Notes under the pieces: model-generated
Told to the model about the DNA's origin: nothing
What the model saw: only the letters and a program-made list of their open reading frames with translations
Databases searched by the model: none
Program-made: the position numbers and the translations under genes
Shown: positions 1 through 10,450 of the stretch, one piece after another
Layout of the letters: each line of letters begins with the position of its first letter
How positions within the stretch are numbered: position 1 is the first letter of the stretch
Assembly: GCA_051382295.1 (NCBI GenBank)
Contig: JBBCAW010000112.1
Location: 1 to 51,684, forward strand
Length of the DNA: 51,684 nt
Reading direction: 5' to 3'
Source of the DNA: Bdellovibrionota bacterium FG-1
Lineage (GTDB): Bacteria > Bdellovibrionota > UBA1018

Positions 1-242
1 GTTGCCGATGGGGTGGGTGGTGCTGTAGGGCCGGGGCCGGGCGTTACAGTGGGCGAGACCGTTGGTGTCTGAGACTCTGGCGTTTGTGATGAGGTTGATG
101 GGGGTGCGACGGTCGATGGCTGATTGGTCCCGACCATCGAGGCGGCGCCTAATGTGGCATCCGTATTACAGCCCCAAAAAGGGATGGCCAACGCTCCTAA
201 AAATAACGGAGCGAGCAGCGTCCTGAATTTTTTGTTTCTCAT
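1..242 (-). CDS. Lipoprotein with Pro/Thr/Ser-rich linker, N-terminal part only (runs off the window start)
   Basis: Manual translation from ATG at 242: MRNKKFRTLLAPLFLGALAIPFLGCNTDATLG...TPTVSPTVTPGPGPTAPPTPSA. Basic N-terminus, hydrophobic stretch, lipobox FLGC. Not in the ORF track. Confidence 0.75.
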   Translation of the reverse strand, partial: MRNKKFRTLLAPLFLGALAIPFWGCNTDATLGAASMVGTNQPSTVAPPSTSSQTPESQTPTVSPTVTPGPGPTAPPTPSA

Positions 243-481
243 CTACTTTTTTCCTTTTCTTCAGGGCGCAGCCGTGCGCTGAGGACAAAGGTCTGCGTCA
301 ACCGCGCGCGGCGGCTCTCAGCGGACAGAGTCCTCAAAACAATGCTGTTACCTAGATTTCAGGTTATGAAGCCAAAGAAGCTTCGTGCGAAAAAACGCTA
401 TCATGCATTTTGAGAAATGCGAAACGCAATTTCAACAGAGCGAGTGTAATATGTGCGTTATTGAGCGAGCGACTTAGTCGC

Positions 482-1036
482 TCAACCCAAAAGGCCTTTT
501 TTGAGTGATTCGTTTGGCGGGTTTTCCCCGAGCCAAATGCGAAGAAGCGTTTTAGAAAACTCTGGATTTTCTACTTTTCCGGCGGACACGCCGCGCAAAA
601 ATAATTCGACCCCGTTTGGGAAAAAGCGAAGAGCCATGGATTCGCCTTTTTTCATGTCGGTCGTCATAAGGGCTTTTAGTTTGTCGAGTGAGGAGGCAAG
701 CACTGCACAGTTGATTTTGCAGTTTTCTTCGAAGCCTTTATTCCAAGCCTTGGAAATATCCTTGGCATCAACGTTGCGCATAAAAATCATTTCAAGGTCT
801 TTTAGGGAGTCTGAACCAAGAATGGCAGCGGCGTCATGAGAAAGGTTCTCGAGGTATAAGGCGCCTGCATAAACATTGACGCGAAAAATCGTGGCCTGCC
901 TGAGACCGACCCCATTGAGCTTGAGGGTTTTATCCTGGATCTTCACTTGATCCGGCAGCTGAACGCCGCTGATCTCCGCTGCGAAAACGGAAGTGCTCGA
1001 AAGGATGACTAAGGCCAAAGCGACGATGACTTTCAT
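482..1036 (-). CDS. Chalcone isomerase-like periplasmic protein
   Basis: Signal peptide; LKLNGVGLR, VYAGALYL and C-terminal LLRIWLGENP...LKKGLLG motifs typical of bacterial chalcone isomerase-like proteins. Confidence 0.85.
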   Translation of the reverse strand: MKVIVALALVILSSTSVFAAEISGVQLPDQVKIQDKTLKLNGVGLRQATIFRVNVYAGALYLENLSHDAAAILGSDSLKDLEMIFMRNVDAKDISKAWNKGFEENCKINCAVLASSLDKLKALMTTDMKKGESMALRFFPNGVELFLRGVSAGKVENPEFSKTLLRIWLGENPPNESLKKGLLG

Positions 1037-1456
1037 GGGTTTGATATTCCTTTTGATAAGTCGCTAAAAGACCAGAGATTGGGTCCCGAGTAAAGTGAAG
1101 AACTACGGCCGTTGATTATAGGGTTCAAAAATGTCATAGATGAATTTCAAAAAAAGAGGTTTCCAGATGTTTCTTGAAAGCTATTTTTCAAAAGTGATCG
1201 TAACGCTCCTCGGGACAGCCGTTCTGTTATCCGCTATTTTGGGTGGAGCTTATTCTCTTTATCGGGTGGTCACCTTTTTGGGGAACTAGCCCTAACTTAC
1301 TATGTAAGTGCATGTTTTTATTAAGATATGGTTGTTTGATTTTTCTTTTGAACTCGGCAATTCTTGCCGCGTTGGCATTTCAACCTCAGAGCGTTGATTC
1401 TATGTACGAATCTTATTGTTTTCACGTAAGATAATATCCTACGGAGATTCTTATTT

Positions 1457-3448
1457 ATGATGATGCGGCACAGCTCCTTGGCTCTTTCTGCGTGGCTTTT
1501 CTCCTTTATTCTGGTCGGCACGGCTCAAGCCCGTCCATTGCAGTGCGCCGACTTGCCTCAGTTGTTTGATGCGTATTTACGCAACCACTACGCCTATCAT
1601 AAACTGACTGATGAAATTAAGACGCGTACGGTTGAGCAGTTCATCAAGATCCTTGATCCCAGTAAAACTAATTTTTTCGAAGACGATGTCAAGATACTCC
1701 GGCAGTCATTAGGAGGCGCGTTTACTGAACTCCAGCAGGGCAATTGTGGTGCCATCGAGGCCGCCAATCAGCGTTTGATCAAGCGAATGAAAGAAAGCCT
1801 CCAATTTGTGGATGGGCTTTTGGGCCCTAACTACAAGTTCAACGAAAACACAGAGCTCGTAATCAACCCCGACCTTAGAAATTACGCCAAAACCCCCCAA
1901 GAGCGTGATGTCTATCTGACCAAGATGGCCCATTTTCAGGTGTCCAGTTACTTGCTTACGGATACTAAAATGGATGAAGCCAAACGGTTACTCAAGAAGC
2001 GTAACAAGCTTGCCGTCAAGCGTGCCGAGGACCGAAAAAACAGTGAGGTCCTTGATTTTTGGGCCGAGGCCTTCTCGCGCGCGTTGGATCCTCACTCGAG
2101 TTATATGTCACAGGACACTCTTGAGGATTTTCAGATTCAGATGCAGCTTTCCCTTGAGGGCATTGGGGCTTCGCTCACATCGGAAGATGGGTATACGGTT
2201 ATTGAAGAGCTGATTCCAGGGGGGGCGGCTGATAAATCAAAACAGCTCAAACCCAAAGACAAAATTATCGCGGTGACCCAAGATGGTAAGCAACCCGTCA
2301 ATGTCATTGATATGGATTTGCGTGACGTGGTTAAGCTCATCCGTGGGAAAAAAGGCACAAAAGTGCAGCTCTCCATCTTAAGGCAGGGAGATGCGGCTCA
2401 GACTTTCAAACTTGCGCTGGTTCGGGATAAGGTCGACCTCAAAGAGCAGGCCGCCAAGCTTTCCTTTGAAGTTCGAAAAGTGGATACAAAAACTTACAAA
2501 TTGGGGGTGATCGACCTCCCTTCCTTTTACGGAGGAGGAAAGGGTGAAGGACGCTCGTGCTATCAGGACGTCAAAGCGCTCCTTCGCCAAGCAAGAGACG
2601 CCAAAGTGGATGGACTTGTGTTGGATCTTTCCCGTAACGGAGGCGGCTTACTTGACCAAGCCGTCCAAATTGGTGGCCTGTTTATCAAAAAAGGTGGAAT
2701 CGTTGCCACCAAGAGTGCGGATGGTCGGGTCGAAATCCTTGAGGATCAAGATCCGGAAACCTTTTATTCCGGCCCCCTGGTTGTTCTGACTAGCCGGCTC
2801 AGTGCCTCTGCCTCCGAGATTTTGGCGGGTGCTCTTAAGGACTATCACCGTGGGGTCATCATCGGTGGGGATCATAGCTTTGGTAAGGGGACCGTGCAGG
2901 TGCTGGCTCCCCTGCCCGACAATCTTGGCGCCATGAAAGTAACCACTGGAATGTTTTTTATTCCCAGCGGCATTTCCACCCAACACTTGGGCGTGGCATC
3001 TGACGTTATTTTACCGTCAATCTTAAATTCGAACGAAATCGGCGAAAAGAAGCTGGATTATTCACTGAGCCAGCAAAAAATAGACACATTCGTTTCCCGC
3101 GAGGCCGACTCGGATGATCCGGGCCAACACTGGGTTCCCATTAATGCAGGCTTAGTAAAAAAGATTGCGGATAAAGCCGCTGAGCGGGTCACGGCGAGCG
3201 CGAAATTTGCGCAGGTTCGCAAAGAAGTCGAGGAATCCGAACACAACAAAGGCGTGGTTCGGTTAGCGGAGATTAGAAAAAAGGTAAGCGAAGACAAGAA
3301 AAGCGGCAAAACGAAGAAGGACGAAAAGAAAAAGAAACTTCATGAAATAGATGAAGACAGCCCATTTTTACAAGAAAGTGAAAACATCCTCGTTGACCTT
3401 GTCGAGGCGGAGCGTGCGACAGAAGGGCCGCGACAAGCCGCGCGGTAG
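1457..3448 (+). CDS. prc: Carboxy-terminal processing protease (S41A, Prc/Tsp-like) with PDZ domain
   Basis: LDPHSSY, LEGIGA (PDZ), LDLSRNGGGLL, SASASEILAGALKDY and FGKGTVQ motifs. Confidence 0.92.
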   Translation: MMMRHSSLALSAWLFSFILVGTAQARPLQCADLPQLFDAYLRNHYAYHKLTDEIKTRTVEQFIKILDPSKTNFFEDDVKILRQSLGGAFTELQQGNCGAIEAANQRLIKRMKESLQFVDGLLGPNYKFNENTELVINPDLRNYAKTPQERDVYLTKMAHFQVSSYLLTDTKMDEAKRLLKKRNKLAVKRAEDRKNSEVLDFWAEAFSRALDPHSSYMSQDTLEDFQIQMQLSLEGIGASLTSEDGYTVIEELIPGGAADKSKQLKPKDKIIAVTQDGKQPVNVIDMDLRDVVKLIRGKKGTKVQLSILRQGDAAQTFKLALVRDKVDLKEQAAKLSFEVRKVDTKTYKLGVIDLPSFYGGGKGEGRSCYQDVKALLRQARDAKVDGLVLDLSRNGGGLLDQAVQIGGLFIKKGGIVATKSADGRVEILEDQDPETFYSGPLVVLTSRLSASASEILAGALKDYHRGVIIGGDHSFGKGTVQVLAPLPDNLGAMKVTTGMFFIPSGISTQHLGVASDVILPSILNSNEIGEKKLDYSLSQQKIDTFVSREADSDDPGQHWVPINAGLVKKIADKAAERVTASAKFAQVRKEVEESEHNKGVVRLAEIRKKVSEDKKSGKTKKDEKKKKLHEIDEDSPFLQESENILVDLVEAERATEGPRQAAR

Positions 3449-3455
3449 AGTTCCT

Positions 3456-5192
3456 ATGCGTCTTCGTGGGTGGCTGGTTCTTTCGTTCATATCGTTGTCG
3501 GCCATTGCATTACATGCCGACACCCTCAGTTATGGGGGCGACAGCTATCAACGAGACCTCATGGCAAAGGCCATGAGTGGCGCGGGATTAATTTTCGAGC
3601 CCCACCCCGAAGGTAAGGTGATTGAGCGGATCGTGGTGGTTCCTTTTGACGTGATCTTGCCTGAAGAGCCGTGGCCAAAATTTGCTAATTGGTTTCACGT
3701 TACCACTGTTCCGGCGGTGATACGACGGGAGCTTTTATTTCGGGAAGGCGACCCGTGGAACCAGGCGCGGGCGGATGAAACCGCTCGAAATTTACGTAAT
3801 TATCTTTTTCTAACTTCGGCAGCCATCACCCCCTGTCAGGGCACCGCTCCGGATCGAGTCATTATTTTGGTGGTGACCAAGGATCTCTGGAGCCTGCGAC
3901 CTAATCTGGATTTTTCGTTTGTGGGGAGTCGTTTCGAGCGGCTCGATATGGAGTTGTCCGAGCACAACCTTGCAGGTCATATGAAGCAAGGAACAATCGA
4001 CCTGGGAATGGATCTCGCCACTTGGCATCTGGGGCAGCAATACCGAGATGCGCACTGGGTGGGCTCAGATTGGTCGCTTGCTGAACAAGGGGACCTCATT
4101 TGGAATCGCGAATCAGGTCGGATGGAGGGGGGGGTGGCGAGTCTTGCATTCGAACACCCGCTTCTGACGCTCGATACTCCATGGGCCTCGGCGGGATCTA
4201 TTCAGTATCGTCGAGATATTTTTCGGTATTTCTCAGGCGGCGAAATCGCCTCGGTGAGCTCCGCGGCCACAGGGGAGTCGCTTCCCTATTCTTTGGATCG
4301 GCGTTTGCTCGAATTGAATTTTGGCTTCACTCGATCGTTGGGGCGTGAACGTAAAAACAACTTTTCGTTCGGTTATAGAGCGTTTGTCCATCAGTTTGAC
4401 CTTCCGGCCGCGGTGAATCCGGTCCGCCCTCAAACCATTGAGGAGGTTGCTTCGGCAATTTTGCCACGCAGTGAAAATGCTGGGATGCTTTATGCGAAAT
4501 ATCATTATTACTGGGCTGAATTTCACGAATTTTTAGACATCGATACGTTTGCCCTGAGCGAAGACTATCGTCTTGGACCCGACCTTTCTGCTGAACTCCG
4601 ATACGCGAGTCGTGGCTTTGGATTTTCATCCTCTTTTGTCGAGCCGATGGGTGTCGTTTCATGGACCGCGTTGAAGTCAGATGACCTTTTTAGCGTGGCC
4701 GGGACCTTCGATATTCGCTATCAACCTGAGGCCTTAACCGAATCAGCGTGGGTGGATGGCGTCGCGGGATTAAGAGTTCGAAATGTGACGCCGAAACTCG
4801 GTTTTTTTCGTTTTCATTCGGTAGTTCAGGCCACCCGACGCTACAACAGTCTTGATCGCGAGTTTAATACGTTGGGCAGCGATTCTAATTTGCGTGGTTA
4901 TCCTTCAGGGTTTTTTCGGGGTGCCGATATGTGGGCGGCCAACTTTGAAGCGAGAACGATTCCGCTGGCGCTGTCCACTCTCCATTTTGGTCTTGCTGGG
5001 TTTTTCGATGTCGGGGATGCGTCGGATTCTTGGTCAACCTTAGGAGCCCATGAGTCAACGGGACTAGGGCTGAGAGTGGGGCTACCCCAATTTAACAAAG
5101 TGATTTTGAGAATAGATCTTGGATTTCCGCTTGAGTCGGGCCCGGGTATCAGTCCCACCTATGTCGTTGCCCAGTGGGGCCAAGCATTCTAG
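3456..5192 (+). CDS. Omp85/BamA-TamA-like outer membrane protein with one POTRA domain
   Basis: Signal peptide from ATG 3456; TTVPAVIRRELLFREGD...ETARNLRN (POTRA); LRGYP motif; C-terminal ...QWGQAF. Confidence 0.75.
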   Translation: MRLRGWLVLSFISLSAIALHADTLSYGGDSYQRDLMAKAMSGAGLIFEPHPEGKVIERIVVVPFDVILPEEPWPKFANWFHVTTVPAVIRRELLFREGDPWNQARADETARNLRNYLFLTSAAITPCQGTAPDRVIILVVTKDLWSLRPNLDFSFVGSRFERLDMELSEHNLAGHMKQGTIDLGMDLATWHLGQQYRDAHWVGSDWSLAEQGDLIWNRESGRMEGGVASLAFEHPLLTLDTPWASAGSIQYRRDIFRYFSGGEIASVSSAATGESLPYSLDRRLLELNFGFTRSLGRERKNNFSFGYRAFVHQFDLPAAVNPVRPQTIEEVASAILPRSENAGMLYAKYHYYWAEFHEFLDIDTFALSEDYRLGPDLSAELRYASRGFGFSSSFVEPMGVVSWTALKSDDLFSVAGTFDIRYQPEALTESAWVDGVAGLRVRNVTPKLGFFRFHSVVQATRRYNSLDREFNTLGSDSNLRGYPSGFFRGADMWAANFEARTIPLALSTLHFGLAGFFDVGDASDSWSTLGAHESTGLGLRVGLPQFNKVILRIDLGFPLESGPGISPTYVVAQWGQAF

Positions 5193-6361
5193 CGATAGAG
5201 ATAATTGCGAATTCCAAAATAAGCGACGTTGCTGGCCAAGCCGGAACCGAGCTGTAATCCAAGGACCGCCATGGCGCCGGTCCCCGAGGGGTACAGACAT
5301 TCCAGGCCCATCAGTAGATCGTAAAGGGCGATATGAAAGGGTGCGTAACCAGCACTCCACCCTAGATTATATTTAAAGCGGTCAAGCGCGCCGTCTTCTT
5401 TCGTGGGCAGCGGGTGAGGGCCCGCTGGCTGGCTCAAATAGTAAATCGTCGCATCGCCTCCGGAAAAGGCCGCGCCCACTCCTCCTAAACGAATCCAACG
5501 CAAAATAAATTTCCCCTGCAGCCCAACCACTTTCGAGCCCGCAAGGCTATTCATAGCTTCAAAAGCAAGATCAAAGGGCATGCTATTCCAATCCACTTCA
5601 CTTGATCCCGCCGCGATCACCGCACCACCCACGGTCATGGCTTCGTCAATCCCGAGTTGCAGCAAAAGGTAGCGGATGTTCTGGAGCCGAACTTGTGGAG
5701 GTGGCATCGCTCTGCGGCACTCACTCATGCCGTCGAGCCAGCGTGAAAGTTTTCTGGGGGCGCTTTTGAACCCCACGGGTGGCTTTTCCAGCGCATCCAT
5801 TGCATCCATGGATGCGGGATCAGTCGCGTGAGTCTTCCCCCAGGTCGCTTTTTTGGCCTTTACCCCGTTTTCGGGGCTCGCTTCAAAAAAGGGTACGGAG
5901 TTGGCATCCCAGTCGCCGTTCCATCGAGGATTAATTCGAAATTCCTCCGAAACCATTGAACGTAAATATATTTTTTGTTGGGAGGTCAGCTCCTGGGACC
6001 CTCTGTTTTCGGTTTGTTCTATCATTCGTTCCTGGAGTTTTTGAAGACGATTTTCGAGGTCATTACGCAAGGGTTGAAACTCGGGTACGTCGAGCTTGGC
6101 GCGCATTTGCTCAAAAGAAGCCGAAGGGCCGACGACCCGATCCATGATCATTCGGCCTTCGATGGTTTCCGTAAAAACGAAACGGAACAGGGTGTTTTCT
6201 AAAAATGAATCAGGAATCGGCCCTGCCCAACCCGAGGGGCAAGAGAAAGCCATGACCGCCATAAAAACGGTTATGACGATGATTCGATTGCGTATTTTAA
6301 AGTAAATCCAAAGCCCCATGAGCGTGAACACTCCCCTAAAAATCGTGCTGTACCGTGTCAT
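5189..6361 (-). CDS. Hypothetical exported/membrane protein
   Basis: 390-aa ORF with signal-like N-terminus and hydrophobic C-terminal segments. True start uncertain. Confidence 0.55.
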   Translation of the reverse strand: MTRYSTIFRGVFTLMGLWIYFKIRNRIIVITVFMAVMAFSCPSGWAGPIPDSFLENTLFRFVFTETIEGRMIMDRVVGPSASFEQMRAKLDVPEFQPLRNDLENRLQKLQERMIEQTENRGSQELTSQQKIYLRSMVSEEFRINPRWNGDWDANSVPFFEASPENGVKAKKATWGKTHATDPASMDAMDALEKPPVGFKSAPRKLSRWLDGMSECRRAMPPPQVRLQNIRYLLLQLGIDEAMTVGGAVIAAGSSEVDWNSMPFDLAFEAMNSLAGSKVVGLQGKFILRWIRLGGVGAAFSGGDATIYYLSQPAGPHPLPTKEDGALDRFKYNLGWSAGYAPFHIALYDLLMGLECLYPSGTGAMAVLGLQLGSGLASNVAYFGIRNYLYR

Positions 6362-6631
6362 ACCGGGTTAATTAGCACTAGTCAATAGGGCGTATTGAAA
6401 ATAGATGGGTGGCGCTCGGGCATTTGTTGCCTACTGTATTGATAACCAAACATATTTACATTTTGTGTAACATCAGTGGCGAACTGGCGGTACGTATGTA
6501 CTAAAATTGGTGCGGTTTTGGCTGTTTTATTCGCACTTTAGGTGGCCCGCGCCTTGCGTAACTAAGCCGTGCGATCTTGAACCGTCGCAAAATAAATGAG
6601 CTGTATTTAACGTCGCTCAAGGAGGACTGGC

Positions 6632-7372
6632 GTGAGTTTACAACACGGGCGCATTCGTGCGTTTTCTTGTCTTGTGAGTCTAGTTATGGCTTTTTCGGGC
6701 TGCAATTCGGATCTTTTAGGCCTGGATTCGATCAGCCCTACGGGGGGTGGTGGCGCTCCTTCGGGCGGGGCTGATGGAGGTCCAGCCCCCACGCCCTCGG
6801 GTTCGCCCATCGGGCAAAAGGAGTCGGTTTGCGTTTCTTCAGACCCCAATCATATCTGCTTGGGGCTGAAGCTCGTCTCCTATATGGATGCTCTCGGCGT
6901 TCCGACGGTCAATCGAGCCGATGCCACTAGCTTAGTGGGTGAGATGAATCAGATTTGGAGCGCGTGCAATATCGCTTTTCAATTAGACGAGTATGAGGCG
7001 GTGGATCCGACCGTTTCAGGCCTGTCCTATGGGAGTCAATCCGAGTCGGAACTCTATGACATTCGTAAAATATATGGAGACGCCGTTACGATGTTAGTGA
7101 CGGTGACCGGACCTTGGGTGGGAAAAACCATTGCTTGGACGACCATGCCTGGAGGGGGGCCATTTGGAACCATTGTGGAGGCTCAATATGGACACAATCC
7201 CATGACAGTCGGGCACGAGCTGGGTCATTATCAGGGTTTATACCATATCAAAAATTCGACCAATCTCATGAGCCCTTACATCGGGTCAAATACAAGCGGA
7301 CTGACCGTGAGTCAATGCGACATCGCCCGCCAAACCGATGAGCAGGATTGGCAGGCGATGATGCGCAAATGA
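6632..7372 (+). CDS. Lipoprotein zinc metalloprotease (metzincin/matrixin-like)
   Basis: Lipobox FSGC, Gly/Pro linker, HELGHYQGLYH (HExxHxxGxxH) and Met-turn NLMSP. Confidence 0.8.
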   Translation: MSLQHGRIRAFSCLVSLVMAFSGCNSDLLGLDSISPTGGGGAPSGGADGGPAPTPSGSPIGQKESVCVSSDPNHICLGLKLVSYMDALGVPTVNRADATSLVGEMNQIWSACNIAFQLDEYEAVDPTVSGLSYGSQSESELYDIRKIYGDAVTMLVTVTGPWVGKTIAWTTMPGGGPFGTIVEAQYGHNPMTVGHELGHYQGLYHIKNSTNLMSPYIGSNTSGLTVSQCDIARQTDEQDWQAMMRK

Positions 7373-7387
7373 TGCGTTTAGGAATGA

Positions 7388-7783
7388 TTAATAACGACGA
7401 CAGCCTAGATCTCGGCAGGGTCCACTGGATTGATACACGCAGTAACTGTGTACGTCCTGTTGAACCCACCGAGGATCATAGCCGTGGTTCCAGTAGCTGC
7501 GGCCGTAAACATCCTCTGATCCACATTCAAAAGCAACCGGTTGAGGGGGAGGCACCGGGTGTGGATGTGGCTGTTGAGGTGGATAGTACGGAGGATAATG
7601 AGGCGGAGGTCCGTGATGCTCCTGCGCTGAGAGGTCATCTGGTACGGCCGAAGAATCCAATCCATAAAGCGCCATGAGCTCTTCAGCAGGGCGCAGTTCA
7701 TCTTGATCAGACGCCTCATCACCGGCCCAGGCTGAAAAACATGGGACAAGTAAGACGGCAAAAACAAATAGGAAAGTCTTCAT
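7388..7783 (-). CDS. Small secreted protein with Pro/His-rich linker and 4-Cys C-terminal domain
   Basis: SD GGAG before ATG 7783; signal peptide; HHGPPPHYPPYYPPQQPHPHPVPPP; four Cys. Confidence 0.65.
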   Translation of the reverse strand: MKTFLFVFAVLLVPCFSAWAGDEASDQDELRPAEELMALYGLDSSAVPDDLSAQEHHGPPPHYPPYYPPQQPHPHPVPPPQPVAFECGSEDVYGRSYWNHGYDPRWVQQDVHSYCVYQSSGPCRDLGCRRY

Positions 7784-7870
7784 GAGTTCTCCTTGTTTGT
7801 CATCGAAAAGCAAATGACGGGTAGGTTCGTGCAGCCATCTTATCCTGATGTTACCCGTTCGTAAAGCGGC

Positions 7871-9292
7871 CTACTTTCGAGATAGGTCAATCAGAGTGTC
7901 GACGACCTTCGCCAAAGGTTGGGGGGTTGGCATTTTAACATTGGCTCCTTTAATCAATTCGTCGGTTGAATATGAAGCGGCTTTGATCGCTGCGGGGAGC
8001 CAGCCTGACGGTACGGGCGAAGAGCCATTCCACTCGGTTTTAACATCAAAATCACCCACTGAGTAGGCTTTGACTCCTGGCGGCACCAGCCAAATCACAT
8101 CGGGGTGCTGGTACTCAACTTGCTCAACTAGCGTCGGGGCCGCTGAGTCGTCGAATTCGCGCCACTCTCCCCCGATAATGTCGCCGGCCTGATTCAGTTC
8201 AAGGTCGTATTTGGTCGTATAGGTTAAGTTTTTATCAAACGAAGTATTATCGGTGGCTTCATGATTGGGCCCATTTTCTTTTCCGTAAAAAAAAGTGGCT
8301 TCCACCCCGACGAGCGAAACAGCATTGGGTGAACGGAAGTGACGATACGGATCCCAACCGTCTTTCACGGGAGTCGTTGCGTCCTGAAGGCTCATCCCTG
8401 GATTGGCGTGACGGTCCGTGACGCGAAAATATCTAAACCGATAGGCCCAAACCGGTTGGTTTTGCACCTCGGATTTATAATTTCTATCCATGATAAAGCC
8501 ACGATGGTTGAGTCCAATTTGATTCACAGTTGTGAGGTGCAGGAATGCAGGATTGACATCAAAGCATCGGGGATCCACCAGGCGTCCAAACTTCGTCCCT
8601 CGCGCTCCACTTTGGCATTGATAGCCCTCAACTTTAGCAGAGGCTTGTACTGCAGACTTTCCCCACAAAAACGAAGCAAGGCCTTTAACGTCGGCAGGAT
8701 AAAACGTGATTTGCCGACCAATGGGGGACATCACTTGAAAACTGTGTTTTGGACGTGGAAGCATCAATGAGGCGGGAGACCAGCCGTGGCAAACCCCTGA
8801 CCAGCTTGCAAGAAGATTGACACCACCGCGGGTATCCACCATGTCAACGACATTACGAGTGAGCGAAAAGTCTTTATCTCCCACGAGGAGATCATATTTT
8901 TCCGCGGGCGATAGCACATCGATTTCGTCCTGAGATACATCTCCAAAAAATAAGCGGTAATGAAGATCATCACGATTTGCCACGAACTTACGATTCAAGC
9001 TCCACCAAAGCGGATTTGCCAAAAAATGGCTTTCAGCATAGGGGTAGGCAATGGAGCCCTTGACGTCAGGCCAAAACGTGTCGGACCAGGGACGATGCTC
9101 TGTATCCAGGGCGGACTCGTTGAGTCTCATTGCATCCATCGCAATGATATTTGTTAACGTTTGGTGAGTATCTTTTTGGCTAACAAAATTTTTGAGTTTT
9201 GCTATCTCGCCCCATTGTTCGGCAAATGCAGTGTTTTGGGCGCAGCTTAAAATGCCCACAAGGCTCAGCATACTCGCGACTTTCTTTTTCAT
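7871..9292 (-). CDS. Secreted transglutaminase-elicitor (GP42-like) family protein
   Basis: PWSDTFWP, SPAEKYD, WSGVCHGW (putative catalytic Cys), NQPV and YDLELN...IIGGEW motifs. Confidence 0.75.
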   Translation of the reverse strand: MKKKVASMLSLVGILSCAQNTAFAEQWGEIAKLKNFVSQKDTHQTLTNIIAMDAMRLNESALDTEHRPWSDTFWPDVKGSIAYPYAESHFLANPLWWSLNRKFVANRDDLHYRLFFGDVSQDEIDVLSPAEKYDLLVGDKDFSLTRNVVDMVDTRGGVNLLASWSGVCHGWSPASLMLPRPKHSFQVMSPIGRQITFYPADVKGLASFLWGKSAVQASAKVEGYQCQSGARGTKFGRLVDPRCFDVNPAFLHLTTVNQIGLNHRGFIMDRNYKSEVQNQPVWAYRFRYFRVTDRHANPGMSLQDATTPVKDGWDPYRHFRSPNAVSLVGVEATFFYGKENGPNHEATDNTSFDKNLTYTTKYDLELNQAGDIIGGEWREFDDSAAPTLVEQVEYQHPDVIWLVPPGVKAYSVGDFDVKTEWNGSSPVPSGWLPAAIKAASYSTDELIKGANVKMPTPQPLAKVVDTLIDLSRK

Positions 9293-9486
9293 AAGCGGCG
9301 TATCTCCATGATCAATAATTTTTAAAACGCAGCGCGTTATAACAGGAGAAAGAAGACTTAGCTAGTCATGTTTTTAATTTAAACACGCTATACAGAGTCG
9401 GGCGCAATAGTTTAAATATATTAATAATTTGCTAAGTAGGGGGCCCAATATCTGCGGCCAACTTTTCTTGCTCGCTAGTCCACTAA

Positions 9487-10245
9487 ATGATACGTCGCAT
9501 ACAAGAAATGGTTTTAGCGATTCAAGTCTTTGCATTGTCGCTGTGTATGTTCACGTTCAGCGCGGGGCCGTTGTATTGGTCAAGAGTGCAGAGGCATTCT
9601 CGTGCGCTATTTCTAGTGGGCACAGGCGCATTATTGGGGATTTGTGTTTTTGATTTGGTTCCGGATGTTTTTGACCTAGGTGGTCGTAACGCATTAATTT
9701 TGACGGGCGTGGTCTGGGTTGCCTATTCGGCGGTTCATTCGATGCATTATTGGGGCGGGCACTCAACCCCCGGAGATTTGGAGATTGGGGCGGTTTTGGC
9801 CGAGCCCAAACGGTTCTTCTTTTTCTTGGGGCCTCTCCTTGCTCATGGGTTTGCTAGCGGGATGTTGCTGACGGTGTCTCAAGGGTTTGCGGCCCGAATG
9901 GCCGCCAGCATATTTTTAGCGCTCATCACCCACAAAGTTTACGAATCCCTTATGCTCTCGACGTTATTACAAGCGGTACGGCGGCCCATGGCGTGGCGTT
10001 TAAAAGTTGTAGCTGCGTATTCATTGGCTCTGCCCGTGGGAGCCCTCTTAGCGGTAGCCTGTCACGGTCTCATTTCAAACGCTGTGGTGGTTCTCATCAG
10101 TAGTCTTGCGGTAGGAACTTTGCTCGGTTGCCTCGTGTTTGATTTTGTCATTCCCAGTTTTCGTCAACTGAAAACTAGTTTTTGGGGTTGGACTTGGATC
10201 AGTGTGGGCCTTCTCTTGAGTCGCGCCGTAATTTCCCACCTTTAA
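9487..10245 (+). CDS. ZIP family divalent metal transporter
   Basis: Multiple TM segments; GALLGICVFDLVPD, AHGFASG and ALITHKVYE motifs. Confidence 0.7.
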   Translation: MIRRIQEMVLAIQVFALSLCMFTFSAGPLYWSRVQRHSRALFLVGTGALLGICVFDLVPDVFDLGGRNALILTGVVWVAYSAVHSMHYWGGHSTPGDLEIGAVLAEPKRFFFFLGPLLAHGFASGMLLTVSQGFAARMAASIFLALITHKVYESLMLSTLLQAVRRPMAWRLKVVAAYSLALPVGALLAVACHGLISNAVVVLISSLAVGTLLGCLVFDFVIPSFRQLKTSFWGWTWISVGLLLSRAVISHL

Positions 10246-10450
10246 GAAGATCGAGAAATACCGGGAGAATATTGGGGCAAAATGCCTCGCATTTAAATGG
10301 ACTTGTCTCACCTCCGACATGCGGTGTGTGAAGACCTCGTCAAAACCCGATAATAATCGCAACAAGAAACACGGTTTCGTTTGGCACAGGGGATGCTCTA
10401 TTGATGTTCAGCTTGTGCAACACCCCACCCATTCAACGAGGAAATCGAAC

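Noticed and set aside
4127..4134. G8 runs in coding regions (also 17377-17384)
   Set aside because: They are short, in frame and encode ordinary Gly codons, giving weak grounds for phase variation.
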